Below are positions 39,205 to 52,300 of a stretch of 64,000 nt of DNA, piece by piece; positions within the stretch are counted from its first letter, which is position 1, and the number at the start of each line of letters is the position of its first letter. Source of the stretch: Candidatus Latescibacterota bacterium (GTDB lineage Bacteria > Latescibacterota > UBA2968); assembly GCA_965222605.1 (NCBI GenBank), contig OZ244960.1:5760001-5824000 (forward strand), read 5' to 3'. A program made the translations under genes and the position numbers. The notes under the pieces were generated by a model. That model was not told where the DNA came from. It saw only the letters and a program-made list of their open reading frames with translations, and did not search any database.

Positions 39205-40239
39205 TTATTGTCGAGGTGGTGTCTGGGGAGATGTAATCGTACGTGAGAGATTATCAACTACAACTTTTGGGACTTGGATTGATTCGTCCTCTTTTCGGAG
39301 AATGCCTGAACTACCAAAATGGGCAATAGAATCGACCAATTGTGCCAAAATCAGATCTCTTTGTTCTGGTGTAACGGCAGATTCAACAAAAGCCTCAATG
39401 CTATTTGCGACCCTTTGTCGATGTTGGTTGTGTTGTGCCATATGCATGTGCGCCCGTAACATCCTTAAACAGAAAGCGACAATTCCCCCCAATGCTCCAA
39501 TAATTGTAATGCGAACAGCCGAAAAATATAGTATTGACTTTGTTTCTCCTTCAGGTAGATCGACAAAGAAAAATATCACAGCGACGCCAAAGAAGAAAAA
39601 TATGCTGATGCCATTTAACCAAGTCCAAAGCTTTACCCGTTTGTCGTGATCTTGTTGAGCAAGATGAAATTGTTCCTGGGCCGCTTCAACAGAAATCCCA
39701 GACGCTGTGCGTCTCGCCCTATTTTCTATCCCTTCGGCTAATGTGCGTGCTTCCTCGATAGTCTTATTTGCTTCTACCTTTACACGGTTAAGAGCATTTT
39801 CTGATTCTTCCTTCATTGTCTCAATGGCTTGATTGTATTCTTTTTTAATTCCTTCATCTTCTAAGAAGCCTCGGGATTCAATTGTTGCGGCAATGATATG
39901 CGGCCAATATTGGCTAACTCCATCAAATTGTGTTTGGAAATCACGGAGAAAATTTTGTTTTTCTGCAACGTATGCCGCTTCAGCTCTACCAGCTTGGTTG
40001 CTCATATATTCGTAAATGGATGAGAGGTTATTACTTAAATTATTTACTACATCATCGGGAAGATCTGAAGTAGATTGGAGGATAAGATCAACTCTTTTGT
40101 CCAGGGCGTCCAGCTTAGGTATCAGGTCTTTTTCCAGAGAAGCGGTTCCAAGTGATGACCGTAACAATTGTTCTCGATCAATAGATCTTAGTTGTCCCAC
40201 AGTTTGTATCAGAGTAGCGATTTGTCCTTCGTTTGCCAT
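39205..40239 (-). CDS. Hypothetical coiled-coil protein with two C-terminal TM helices
   Basis: Helical N-terminus, hydrophobic segments WTWLNGISIFFFFGVAVIFFF and ILYFSAVRITIIGALGGIVAFCL, then HNQHRQRVANS. GGAG RBS before ATG 40239. Confidence 0.75.
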   Translation of the reverse strand: MANEGQIATLIQTVGQLRSIDREQLLRSSLGTASLEKDLIPKLDALDKRVDLILQSTSDLPDDVVNNLSNNLSSIYEYMSNQAGRAEAAYVAEKQNFLRDFQTQFDGVSQYWPHIIAATIESRGFLEDEGIKKEYNQAIETMKEESENALNRVKVEANKTIEEARTLAEGIENRARRTASGISVEAAQEQFHLAQQDHDKRVKLWTWLNGISIFFFFGVAVIFFFVDLPEGETKSILYFSAVRITIIGALGGIVAFCLRMLRAHMHMAQHNQHRQRVANSIEAFVESAVTPEQRDLILAQLVDSIAHFGSSGILRKEDESIQVPKVVVDNLSRTITSPQTPPRQ

Positions 40240-40291
40240 CTTGATCTCCATAAAAATAAGACACTTACAAACGCAAGTGCCTAAAAAAAAG

Positions 40292-40364
40292 TGGAGCCGA
40301 GCGGGATCGAACCGCCGACCTTTTGACTGCCAGTCAAACGCTCTCCCAGTTGAGCTACGGCCCC
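40292..40364 (-). tRNA. tRNA-Ala (GGC), copy 2
   Basis: Identical to 29162-29234, with its own TTGACA-17-TACCCT promoter. Confidence 0.97.
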
Positions 40365-40539
40365 ACTGCTATGTGTAGTCAAGGGTAACAAAATGGGATG
40401 AATGTGTCAAGTAAAAAGCCGATCACGGATTTTGCAGATTACGGGATGGCGCGGATTAAATTCTGTGCTCAGTCTTTGATGAAGATGCAGATGAACTGCT
40501 GTCGCAGTCATGCACGAATGACACGCCTTCATACATTGC

Positions 40540-42639
<2,100 letters not shown>

Positions 42640-42650
42640 TTAAGGGTTGG

Positions 42651-42722
42651 TCAGGTCCGAAGCGATGGATTCTCCCGGTCTTTTCCCCAGCGGGCGGGGT
42701 TGTCCATGATGTATTGACGAAT
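42651..42722 (-). pseudogene. C-terminal remnant of a REP-associated tyrosine (Y1) transposase
   Basis: Translates to IRQYIMDNPARWGKDRENPSLRT-stop, matching the Y1/RAYT catalytic-Tyr tail YIxxNPxxWxxDxxNP. Confidence 0.65.
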
Positions 42723-42820
42723 TCAATGCTGCGTTTAGTATAGCCAATTTTGTCCGCATATTCAAGGTGGGCGCGGTGTTTACCTGCCAATAATCTTAGC
42801 CAGCAACCCCACGTTAGTTC

Positions 42821-43660
42821 TTAAGCAAAAAGAAAAGCGGAGAGTCCAAGTAGCATCCCGGCCTTGAGGAGTTTGTTCAAAAACCCGAGTGCGCTGTTTT
42901 GCCAGAGGCGGATGAGGACGAAGATGAGCAAAAAATTGAGGAGGAGAATCAGGCTGAGATAAATCGAGCTGTAAACGCCGAGGAGCGCGGGTAAGGGGGT
43001 TGCGATGATGAGGATTGTAAAGATGCTGGTGATCAGAATGCGCGCGCTGTTTTCGCCCCAGGAGATGGGTACGGTGCCGCCGGATAACTGGCGGTCGCCC
43101 GCACTGTCTTCGAGGTCTTTGAGAAGTTCGCGACCCAGGTGAAATAAAAAAGCAAAGCCCGCAATGAGATAGGGGGCAGATATGTTCTTAACGGCTGCGC
43201 CTCCGTAGAGAAATGCCAGACCGCCGAGCGCACTTATTGTGAGATTTCCGACGAGGGGTACGCGTTTGAGATAGATATTGTAAAAGATCAGGCTTGCGAT
43301 GGCGGTGAGGGCAATGGCGATGGCGGGCGTTGGCAAAGGGAGGGCGAGGAGAATGCCTGCGAGGAGGAAAATACCCATTTCTAAGCGTGCGATGCTGGGG
43401 GATAAACGCCCTGAAGGGAGTGGGCGGTGTGGTTTGTTGATGCGGTCTTCGGTTATGCCGCACAGGTCATTGAGCGCGTTGCCCCCCGCGGTGATGAGGG
43501 CGGCGGACAGCGCGGCAAAAAGCAGAGGTTCGGTGATCCTGTGAATCCCCATCCAGCCGCCGAGGAGTACCGAGGCAAAGGTTATGAGACAATTGATCGG
43601 ACGAGGTAGCTCAATCGCGGCGTAAAATCTGGTCTTGCGGAAGGCCATCGCGGGGGTCAT
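42821..43660 (-). CDS. UbiA prenyltransferase family (DGGGP synthase-like)
   Basis: RPINC, GNALND....EDRINKPHRPLPSG, RELLKDLED..GD. Confidence 0.85.
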   Translation of the reverse strand: MTPAMAFRKTRFYAAIELPRPINCLITFASVLLGGWMGIHRITEPLLFAALSAALITAGGNALNDLCGITEDRINKPHRPLPSGRLSPSIARLEMGIFLLAGILLALPLPTPAIAIALTAIASLIFYNIYLKRVPLVGNLTISALGGLAFLYGGAAVKNISAPYLIAGFAFLFHLGRELLKDLEDSAGDRQLSGGTVPISWGENSARILITSIFTILIIATPLPALLGVYSSIYLSLILLLNFLLIFVLIRLWQNSALGFLNKLLKAGMLLGLSAFLFA

Positions 43661-43723
43661 TTTATTTCTTATACCTCACACAAAGGCACAAAGACACAAA
43701 AAGGGATGAGGACATCTTACGTC

Positions 43724-45412
43724 TCACGCCTCTCCAAAGACATCGTCTGCGTCTCGAATGGTGTAGCGGTAGCCCTGTTCGGTGAGGAAGGTCTGGCGGT
43801 TTCGGGCAAATTCTTGTTCGCGGGTATCGCGCGTGACAAGGGTGTAAAAATGAGCCAGGCTGCCATCGGATTTGGGACGCAATATGCGCCCGAGACGTTG
43901 GGCTTCTTCCTGGCGCGATCCGTACGTGCCAGAGAGCTGAATGGCGACGCTGGCGTCGGGCAGATCGACGGCAAAATTGGCGACTTTGGACACGACGAGG
44001 ATCTTGATTTTGCCCTTTCGAAATTCTTCGTAGAGGTGATCGCGATCTTCGGTGGGAGTTTTGCCCATAATCAACGGCGCGTCGAGTTCTCGTGCCATAT
44101 ATTCGACCTGGCGGATATATTGCGCAATGACGAGGATTTGGTCGCCTTTGTGTTTTTTCAGCAGGTGTTTGACCAGGTGGATTTTGTCGGCATTTTCCGA
44201 TGCGATGCGGAATTTGGCGCGTCTATCTGCTATGGCATAGCTGAGCCGCTTGCCCTGTGGCAATGGCAGGCGAATTTCACAGCATTCTGCAGTTGCTATC
44301 CAGCCGCTGGATTCAAGCTCTCGCCAGGGCACGTCGTAGCGTTTGGGCCCGATGAGTGAAAAGACATCGGTTTCGAGGCCATCTTCGCGCACGAGGGTGG
44401 CTGTGAGGCCCAGACGACGCCGGGATTGCAATTCGGCGGTAAAGCGAAATACGGGTGCGGGAAGCAGGTGAACTTCGTCGTAAATAATGAGGCCCCAATT
44501 GCCCTGATTAAAAATGCTGAAGTGGGGGAAGTCTTCCTCCCGGCTTCTGCGATAGGTCAAGATATTGTAGGTGGCAATGGTAATGGGCCGAATTTCTTTG
44601 CGCTCGCCGGAATATTCGCCAATCTGGTCGTCGGTGAGGCTCGTTTTGTCGAGGAGTTCTGCTTTCCACTGGCGCGATGCCGTGATGTTGGTGGTCAGGA
44701 TCAGGGTTTCGCACTGGAGGGTATTCATCGCGGCCATGCCCACCATGGTTTTACCCGCGCCGCAGGGCAAGACTACCGTGCCGCTTCCGCCATCGGGACC
44801 TCCGCCCGCGTGGAATATATCGACGGCTTCGTGCTGATAATCGCGCAATGCAAAGGGATTCCCCGATAGGGCAATCTGGCGATGTCGAAATTTGAGTGTT
44901 CTGCCTTTGAGATATCCAGCGCGATCTTTGACCGGGAATCCGATGCGCGTAAGAGCCTGTTTGAGGTGCCCTCGATAGAGGGGCAAAATGCTGATGCGGT
45001 GGGCGTCGAGTCGCTTTTCAATATAGGGCTGGACGGCTTTTTGGCGACAGATTTCAAGGATGATCAGTGGGTCTTCAGAAGACAGGATGAGCGCGTCGTC
45101 TTCTTTGTCGAGATAGACTTTGCCATAGCGGCTCATGGCCTCGCGGATTTCGACGCCCACATTCTGAGGGATGTCGTATTTGCCGTAGGTTTCGAGGGTG
45201 GTGATGATTTCTTCGGTGGAGACGCCGGCTGCGGCTGCATTCCAGAGCGAGAGGGGATTGATGCGGTACGTGTGTATGTGCTCGGGACTTTTTTCTAACT
45301 CGGCAAAACGCACGAGCCGGTCTCGCGCCGCTTCGTATCTGGGCGAATTGACTTCGACGAGAACCGTGAGGTCGCTCTGGATGATGAGGGGATTTTCTGG
45401 GTTATAGGTCAT
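43724..45412 (-). CDS. DNA repair helicase XPB (Ssl2/Rad25 family)
   Basis: NPLIIQSD, ELEKSPEHIHTY, LPCGAGKT, DEVH, GLTAT, SRQEEAQRLGRILR. Start ATG 45412. Confidence 0.95.
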   Translation of the reverse strand: MTYNPENPLIIQSDLTVLVEVNSPRYEAARDRLVRFAELEKSPEHIHTYRINPLSLWNAAAAGVSTEEIITTLETYGKYDIPQNVGVEIREAMSRYGKVYLDKEDDALILSSEDPLIILEICRQKAVQPYIEKRLDAHRISILPLYRGHLKQALTRIGFPVKDRAGYLKGRTLKFRHRQIALSGNPFALRDYQHEAVDIFHAGGGPDGGSGTVVLPCGAGKTMVGMAAMNTLQCETLILTTNITASRQWKAELLDKTSLTDDQIGEYSGERKEIRPITIATYNILTYRRSREEDFPHFSIFNQGNWGLIIYDEVHLLPAPVFRFTAELQSRRRLGLTATLVREDGLETDVFSLIGPKRYDVPWRELESSGWIATAECCEIRLPLPQGKRLSYAIADRRAKFRIASENADKIHLVKHLLKKHKGDQILVIAQYIRQVEYMARELDAPLIMGKTPTEDRDHLYEEFRKGKIKILVVSKVANFAVDLPDASVAIQLSGTYGSRQEEAQRLGRILRPKSDGSLAHFYTLVTRDTREQEFARNRQTFLTEQGYRYTIRDADDVFGEA

Positions 45413-45417
45413 ATTTT

Positions 45418-47106
45418 TTATTCGCGCTCTACCGTCACGTAATACGCACCGGCGAGGCGATTGCCTTTCGCGTCTATCCACCACGTTTGCAAAGTCGCGG
45501 GACCACTCGACAAATCCACTGTAAATGTTACGGATAGGTCATCTGGGCGCACGTCCATTTCATGTTCAGAGCCGCCGATCTGCATCCACGCCCGATCTAC
45601 GGGGAGCGCTTTTCCAGCCATCAATGTACCGTCAACGCCTTCCATCACGGGAGCCGGTGCTGTAATTGCGAGATTCGATTCTCGGGGCCAGCGCCGCAAG
45701 GTGATGTCGTATTTTCCGGACTGTGCAACCGCAAGTTGCCAGATACCGCTGTCCATCACACACCCGCGCACGCCCCCGGGATTATCGCAATAAACGCCCA
45801 TCCAATCGCAACTGGACAATCGCGAGGAGTTTTCTTCGTCTGTCCCGATGGAAATGGGGAAGTAAATATCGAGATTTTCGCCAACCTCCTCCCACCACGC
45901 ATCGTAATGCGCCCGCATATTTTGCACGACATTGGGGTGTTGGTCGGCGATGTTGTGTTCTTGTGCGGGATCGCTGTCGAGGTGATACAGTTCGGTATAA
46001 TCCACGAGACGCCATCGATTCCACAAAACTGCGGCATTGCCTTTGCGCGTGGTTCGATTCCCCTTTGGGACATTGTGACCGTATTGTACGACGAGCATCC
46101 GATCTTCCAATTCTTCTCGTTCGCGCAAGAGGCCGGTTAGAGAAACGCCATCACAGGCAGTGTCCTGGGGTTCGTCGAGACCGCAGAGGGAGATCAGGGT
46201 TGGCAACACATCTGTACCGTGCGTGGGATCGGGTATATCACGGGGGTCTCCCAACTGCCCTTTGGGCCAGCGAATAAAGAACGGAACGCGGTGACCGCCT
46301 TCATAGAGCGTGGTCTTTTTTCCGCGCATGCCGGCGTTGTACACCGTTTCTCCGTTTGCCGTCCCATTATCGGTCATAAAAATCAAAATGGTATTGTCGC
46401 GCAGTCCGGTTTTGCAGAGAAAGTCGTCGAGTTTGCCCATGTTTTCGTCGATATTGGCAATCATTCCGTAAAAACTGGCGACATTATATGCGACATGCTC
46501 GAGATAGGGCTGGCGGTATTTGTCGGGAACCCACAGCGGGGTATGGGGTGCGTTGGTAGCGATGTAAGCAAAAAACGGCGCGTCGCCCTGTTTCTCGATC
46601 CAGTTCATAGCTTCGTCAAACCACACATCTGTGCAATACCCTTCAAAAGCTTTAATTGTTCCATTGTGCCGATAGTAGTCGTCGAAATAGTCATTTCCAA
46701 AATAATCCGCAGCGGATGTAATTCCCCAGGCGGGATGGTGAATCGTTTCGTGAAAACCCCTATCCTGTGGGCGGTAGGGATAATTGTCGCCGAGGTGCCA
46801 TTTGCCAAAATGCCCCGTGCGATAGCCATTCATGGCGAAAATATCCGCCATGGTCGGCAATTCGGGATTCATCAACGACCGCCCCATGCACACAAATGTG
46901 GCGCCATTTCGGAGCGCGTCTTGGCCTGTCAACAATTCGCCGCGCGTTGGCGTACACATGGGTGCGACGTGGAAATCTGTGAATCGGATGCTCTCGTCGT
47001 GTAATACATCTAAATTCGGTGTTTTAATGATCGGATTGCCATGGCAAGCGAGATCGCCATAGCCCTGATCATCGGTGAGAACAAAAACCACATTGGGTTT
47101 GTTCAT
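45418..47106 (-). CDS. Arylsulfatase
   Basis: PNVVFVLTDDQGYGD, CTPTR, GKWHLG, TDNG, EGGHRVP. Confidence 0.93.
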   Translation of the reverse strand: MNKPNVVFVLTDDQGYGDLACHGNPIIKTPNLDVLHDESIRFTDFHVAPMCTPTRGELLTGQDALRNGATFVCMGRSLMNPELPTMADIFAMNGYRTGHFGKWHLGDNYPYRPQDRGFHETIHHPAWGITSAADYFGNDYFDDYYRHNGTIKAFEGYCTDVWFDEAMNWIEKQGDAPFFAYIATNAPHTPLWVPDKYRQPYLEHVAYNVASFYGMIANIDENMGKLDDFLCKTGLRDNTILIFMTDNGTANGETVYNAGMRGKKTTLYEGGHRVPFFIRWPKGQLGDPRDIPDPTHGTDVLPTLISLCGLDEPQDTACDGVSLTGLLREREELEDRMLVVQYGHNVPKGNRTTRKGNAAVLWNRWRLVDYTELYHLDSDPAQEHNIADQHPNVVQNMRAHYDAWWEEVGENLDIYFPISIGTDEENSSRLSSCDWMGVYCDNPGGVRGCVMDSGIWQLAVAQSGKYDITLRRWPRESNLAITAPAPVMEGVDGTLMAGKALPVDRAWMQIGGSEHEMDVRPDDLSVTFTVDLSSGPATLQTWWIDAKGNRLAGAYYVTVERE

Positions 47107-47122
47107 ATCCTCTCCAGAAATA

Positions 47123-48136
47123 TCATTTGTCTTGAAAAAACGCGCGGTTGATTGTAAAAGATTTGGCGACGAGATCTACCCGTCTCAAGATGGGAGCCTT
47201 TTTTTTATTGGGCGCGTAGAGTCCTATATCGATAAAGAAAAGTCGGTTGAGATCGACATCGACAAAAGCATAGCTTTTGAAGGGACCACCTTTCCACTCG
47301 GCTTCGTTTTCCCAAAGGCCCTGAAGTACTACGGCGAGTTTGCCCGCAAATTCGACCTGCCGAACAGTAACTTCGCCCAGGACAATGCGGTCGCCGCCAA
47401 ACCACTGCCCCATGATGTCGTCGCGCTTTTGAATAACCCAGTCTTCGGTGAGTTGATCGGGGTGTACATCGTCTTCCCAATAAACGGAAAGCCAGCGGTT
47501 GGGGTTGTCTCTGGCGAGTACGATAAAGTTGGGATAGGTTTCGAGGATGCGATAGCCAAAGGGCACACGCACATTCCAACCATAGGTCTCGGCGAGTTCC
47601 TGGGTGACATCTTTGCGTTCGCCAAAGCTGTAAACATTTTCTCGCACACTGTGATCAACGGCATTTTCCAGAGTGCTATACAAACGATCAGATTCCACAT
47701 AGAGGTTTTCAACGGTGGTCTCTATATCTTTTCCCGATACGATATAGAGGGTTTGATCTTTGGCCCACACGTCTTCTTTCCAGGTTACACCCGCGCGACC
47801 GTCCAAAATGGTTTGTTGCACTTCGGGGCTGAGTATTTCTTTGACGAATTGCGCGGTGGGGTGATTGGCATTGAGGGGCGCGATAACCATGAGGCTTTTG
47901 CGCTGGTCGTGTTTGTGTGCCCTGAGGAAATTGACATCGCCCTGTGCAATTTCATAAACGCGTTCGGCCTGGGGCGTATAGATAACGGTTTCAAAAATTT
48001 CGCGGAGGGGGTCTTCCAGGGTTTGCCAATCGGTGGAATCGGCCAATACGATGATTTTGCGAGCAGGACCGAGGGATTCGGGTAAGTGGTCGCCACATCC
48101 GATGCACAAGAGGAAAAAAAATAGAAAAAGGCGCAT
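47123..48136 (-). CDS. DUF4837 family lipoprotein
   Basis: Signal peptide MRLFLFFFLLCIGC, DVWAKDQ, GLWE......GGPF.SY, YAPNKKK. Confidence 0.75.
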   Translation of the reverse strand: MRLFLFFFLLCIGCGDHLPESLGPARKIIVLADSTDWQTLEDPLREIFETVIYTPQAERVYEIAQGDVNFLRAHKHDQRKSLMVIAPLNANHPTAQFVKEILSPEVQQTILDGRAGVTWKEDVWAKDQTLYIVSGKDIETTVENLYVESDRLYSTLENAVDHSVRENVYSFGERKDVTQELAETYGWNVRVPFGYRILETYPNFIVLARDNPNRWLSVYWEDDVHPDQLTEDWVIQKRDDIMGQWFGGDRIVLGEVTVRQVEFAGKLAVVLQGLWENEAEWKGGPFKSYAFVDVDLNRLFFIDIGLYAPNKKKAPILRRVDLVAKSFTINRAFFQDK

Positions 48137-48216
48137 AACAATATCGAAAAAAAGGTGGTTGAGTATAACAAAAAATAAAGATAACAGGATTTGGAGACAG
48201 AAACAATGTTCAAGTT

Positions 48217-49332
48217 TTACGGAATATAGTGCCGGGGAAGACGCGCGCCGAGCAGAGAAACAACTTCGTGTGAAATACAATTTCCCCATTGGGCGAGGTC
48301 GTTCACGGTGATTTTGCGGTTACCCTGTTGTCCGAGGAGGACGACTTCTTCGCCGACGGAAACGGGCGGTATATCGGTGACATCGATCATGATGATGTCC
48401 ATGCAGATTGCACCGACAACCGGGCAGGGTTTTCCGCAGATGAGGACATGGGATTTATTGGACATGCGGCGGTTGTAGCCATCGGCATACCCCAGGGGCG
48501 CAAGGGCGATGCGAGAGGGGCGCGCGAGTGTGTATGTGCCGCCGTAACTGAGGGTTTGGCCGGTAGAAAAATTTCGCACTTGCGCGATCCTCGCTTTGAT
48601 GGTTAGCGCGGGAGAAAGCGAGAGCACGCCTACACCTTGCGTGGGGGGAATGCCATAGGTGAGCAATCCCACGCGCACGAGATCAAAATGCGATTCGGGC
48701 ATGTGAACGGTCATGGCGCTGTTGGCGGCGTGGCGCCAGGGAACCGAAATGTCTGTGAGTTTGGACAGGCATGAGGCAAATGTTTTTATTTGATGGCGCG
48801 CCTTGTCCATGTCTTCTGCGCGTTCCCATGCCACATGTGTTGTGATACCCTCGAGGAATAAGTAGGGATTTTCGGCGATTTTTTTTACAAAGGCGGGGAC
48901 CTCGTCGGATAATAGGCCAAGGCGCCCCATGCCGGTATCGACTTTGAGATGTATGCGGGCGCGTGTATTGTGGCACTTGGCCGCGGCTTCCAGCGGTGGT
49001 ATCGCGGCGGGATGACCGATGGTTTGAGACAGGTTGTGGGCAACGATGCTGTCGGCCTGTTCGGGCATGGTGGGGGCGAGTACGACAACTGGCGCTGTGA
49101 TGCCCGCACTGCGAAGGGCAACGCCTTCTTGTAGCAGGGCAACGCCGAGTGCAGATGCGCCGCCTTTTATGGCTGCTTTTGCAGCGGGTATGAGACCATG
49201 GCCGTAGGCATTGGCTTTGACAATGGCCATGACCTGCGTTGTTGGCGAGACGAAATGGCGGACTGCGGAAATATTGTTCGCAATGGCCGATAGATTTACT
49301 TCGAGCCATGCGGGTCGGTCGGGTTGGGGCAT
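48217..49332 (-). CDS. alr: Alanine racemase
   Basis: AIVKANAYGHG PLP site, HLKVDTGMGRLG, GYADG, CMD. Confidence 0.96.
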   Translation of the reverse strand: MPQPDRPAWLEVNLSAIANNISAVRHFVSPTTQVMAIVKANAYGHGLIPAAKAAIKGGASALGVALLQEGVALRSAGITAPVVVLAPTMPEQADSIVAHNLSQTIGHPAAIPPLEAAAKCHNTRARIHLKVDTGMGRLGLLSDEVPAFVKKIAENPYLFLEGITTHVAWERAEDMDKARHQIKTFASCLSKLTDISVPWRHAANSAMTVHMPESHFDLVRVGLLTYGIPPTQGVGVLSLSPALTIKARIAQVRNFSTGQTLSYGGTYTLARPSRIALAPLGYADGYNRRMSNKSHVLICGKPCPVVGAICMDIIMIDVTDIPPVSVGEEVVLLGQQGNRKITVNDLAQWGNCISHEVVSLLGARLPRHYIP

Positions 49333-52300
49333 TTAGTAGAGTACCTCAAAGCGCGATCCCAGATCGGGATATTTGGTGACTTCGATGCGTACGGGAAATG
49401 CCTGTTTGAGCGATTCAATGTGGGTAATGACCAAAATTTTTTCAAAATCCCCGCTGATGGCCTGTATGGCTTCCACAAGGTGGTCGAGTCCTTCGGCATC
49501 CTGGGTGCCAAAGCCCTCGTCAATGACCAGGGTTCGCAGGCGCGTGCCCGTGCGGCGGGCAAGGAGTTTGGACAGGGCAATGCGGATAGAAAAGTCAATG
49601 CGAAAAGCTTCTCCACCCGAATAGAGTTCGTAGCTGCGTTCGCCGAGTTCGTCGCTAATTTTAATGTCGAGGGTTTCGCGCGTTCCCCCGGTTTTGAGAT
49701 CCCGCAGAGATTCCAGGGCGATTTGGGTGCGGTTGTCTGTCAGGCGCGCGAGAATGCGATTGGCTTCTTCTTCGATTTCTGGAATGGCTTGTTCGATGAT
49801 GAGTGCCTGAATGCCGTCTTTGCCAAATGCGGTGGTCAGTTCGCGGTAGATGCGGATATCGCGTTCGCAGGATTTGATTTTTTCTTTAACTGCGTTTTGT
49901 TCTGCGCTGAGTGCATCGCAGTGTTCAATTTGAGATTGCAGAGCGGCATTTTTTTGTAGCAGGCTGTCGCGTTGGGCACGCATCTGTGCAATATTTTTTT
50001 CCAGAGTATTGGCTTCTTCAAGGGTTGATTCGGCGCGGTTGATGGCTGCGGCGATTTCTGTCAGGCGTTGCCGCGCTTGCTCGTTGCGCTCTGTGAGTTC
50101 CGAGAGGCGTTTTTGGGCGGTTTTGAGTTGCGTTTGTGCATTTTCGAGGTCGCGTTCGGCTACTTGAAGGCGTTCGTATTGTGCTGGGGCATCTTGCAGG
50201 GCGGCGAGTTGCTGAGAGATGCGCTGGTGGTGTTCGGCATTGTAATTCAGGGTGTGGATACGATGGCGCACCTGTTCGCGTTCTGCCCGTTCATTGGGCG
50301 CGTATTTGGCTTCGTCCAGCCATTGTTGTGCGAGGTCGCGTTTTTTGCGAAATGTGGGCAATTCCACGAGGATTTTTTCTTTTCGTTCTTCGGCGAGTTG
50401 GAGTTGGGCATTTTGCGCTTCAACAGAATCGAGTGCTTTGAGTTTTTCGCGCAGGGTGCGGTGTTCGGCCGGGTTATAGCTCAGGTTTTCAAGCGCACTG
50501 CGGGCCTGGGATAGGGCACGTGCATCCGGGCTGTTCTGGGTTTGTTCGCGCAATTGGATTTTAAGGGCGCTGATTTCAGCCGACAATGACTCGCGGGTTT
50601 GCACGGCATTTTCGGCTTCTTTTAGTGCGGCTTCGGCTTCGGCGAGGCGTTGGGCGATGCCTTCGCGCTGTGCGAGTTGATTTTTAATCTCTTGATAGCG
50701 ATGTCTGTGTTGTTCGCGTTCTGCTTCGGCTTTTTGAATATCCGATTCCAATTTTGTGGTCAACGTCTGTTGTTCTCGCAACTGGTTTGAGAGTTTTGCA
50801 GCTACTTCTTCGCGGTGGGTCTGGTCGAGTTCGCTGCCGCACAGGGGACACGAAGCGTCCTGAACATTTTGCAGAATTTGCTGCTGTTGGGCGATGTCTT
50901 CACGGGTTTGGCGCAGGGTGTTGAGGCGATCGAGATCGTTTTCGATCTGAATTTTGAGGGCACTGCCTTTATTGCGAATCCCATCGCGTTCTGCTTCGAG
51001 GGATTGGATTTCTTCGGCTTGTGCGCGGAGAGATTGCCGCGTTTCTCTGCGCGCTTCATCGTCGGCTATCAGTACATCGGTTTGCTGTCTGTGATGTGTG
51101 CGGGTGTTGATATCTACTTTTATATTTTCAACAGCACTATCTATTTGTCGCTCGAGGTCTCGAATATTGCGTTCAATGCGCTCTCGGTTTTCGCGTATGT
51201 CTTCCCATTCGCGGTCCTGTTGCCTGGCTTTGTGCAATGCTTCGACCTGGGTTTGAATGGTTTGGCGATCGGATAGAAGTACTTCTGTTTCTCGCAATGA
51301 GCGTTCTGCATCCCCAATGCGTATTTGCCATTCGCCGAGGCGGCGTTCCACTTCGTGACGCTGGTCGGCGATTTTTTGATCGAGTTCTCCTGCGCGTTTT
51401 TCAAGCGGTCTCAAGGCGTGTAGTTTTTTTTGCAGGTCTGCGTCTTCTTGTTGGAGTGTCCGATATTTTTCGGCGGCGTTTGTGACTTCGGCGCTTCTGT
51501 CGAGGATTTCGCGATAGGCCGACACGTCTTGCCGCGCTTTTTCACATGTGGTTTGTTGTTCCCGCATGTCCGATTCGATGCGGGATACATCCTTTTGAAG
51601 GGCCTCGCTCTCGGCTTCATGGCGTTCGCGTTGGGTGCGTATTTTTCTCAGTGCTTCGCGGCGATTTTCCGCGCTTTCCAATTCGCTATTGCAGGTATGG
51701 AGTTGTGCGTTGACGCTATCGCGCTGTGCTACAAATTCATCGCGTTTTTCAATGGTTTGCGCAATGTCATCTCTTTTTGCGCGAGCAGTTGCAAGTTCTA
51801 TATCTCTCTTGCGCGCGTGTTCTCGCGCAAGAGAAGACAGGTCGTCGTAATGCGATAAACCGAGAATGTCTGAGAGGAGGGCTTTTCGCTGGCTCGCTTT
51901 GCAGCGCGTAAATTCGTCTGCGCGACCCTGAAGCAGAAAGGCCGAGTTGATAAAGGTCTCGTATGTCATTCGCAACAGGGTATCGATGCTGGCCTGTGTT
52001 TGGCGTATAGCACTTTCTTCCGAGAGGGTTTTGTATGCGTTCGTTTCTGGGGAGTAAATTTGAAATTCGAGACGAGTGGTCGCGCTTTTGCCAGTTTTGC
52101 GAAAGCTGCGGCTGATGCGATAGCGGTCATTTTCGAGGAAAAATTCAAAATCGACCCGCATTTCAGTGGCGCCAATCCGCAGCAGACCGTCGCTGGGACG
52201 ACGTTCACTGCCGGATTTGCGGGCTTCTCCCCACAGTGCCCAGGTGATGGCATCGAGCAGGGCAGATTTGCCGTGCCCATTGCGTCCAGATATACAGGCG

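Larger units (their letters stand above)
29612..40251. mobile_element. Defence island without an integrase, between duplicated ligA-3'/tRNA-Ala segments
   Basis: Carries MTase, helicase, TA-like and IS genes. Bounded by the tRNA-Ala terminator at ~40252 and the 26-bp repeat at 29611. Confidence 0.7.

Noticed and set aside
29162-40364. Classical integrase-mediated tRNA island or prophage
   Set aside because: Both tRNAs are complete with promoters, the duplication extends into ligA, and there are no integrase or phage genes
47075-48085. 336-aa ORF on the + strand
   Set aside because: Antisense shadow of the DUF4837-like gene
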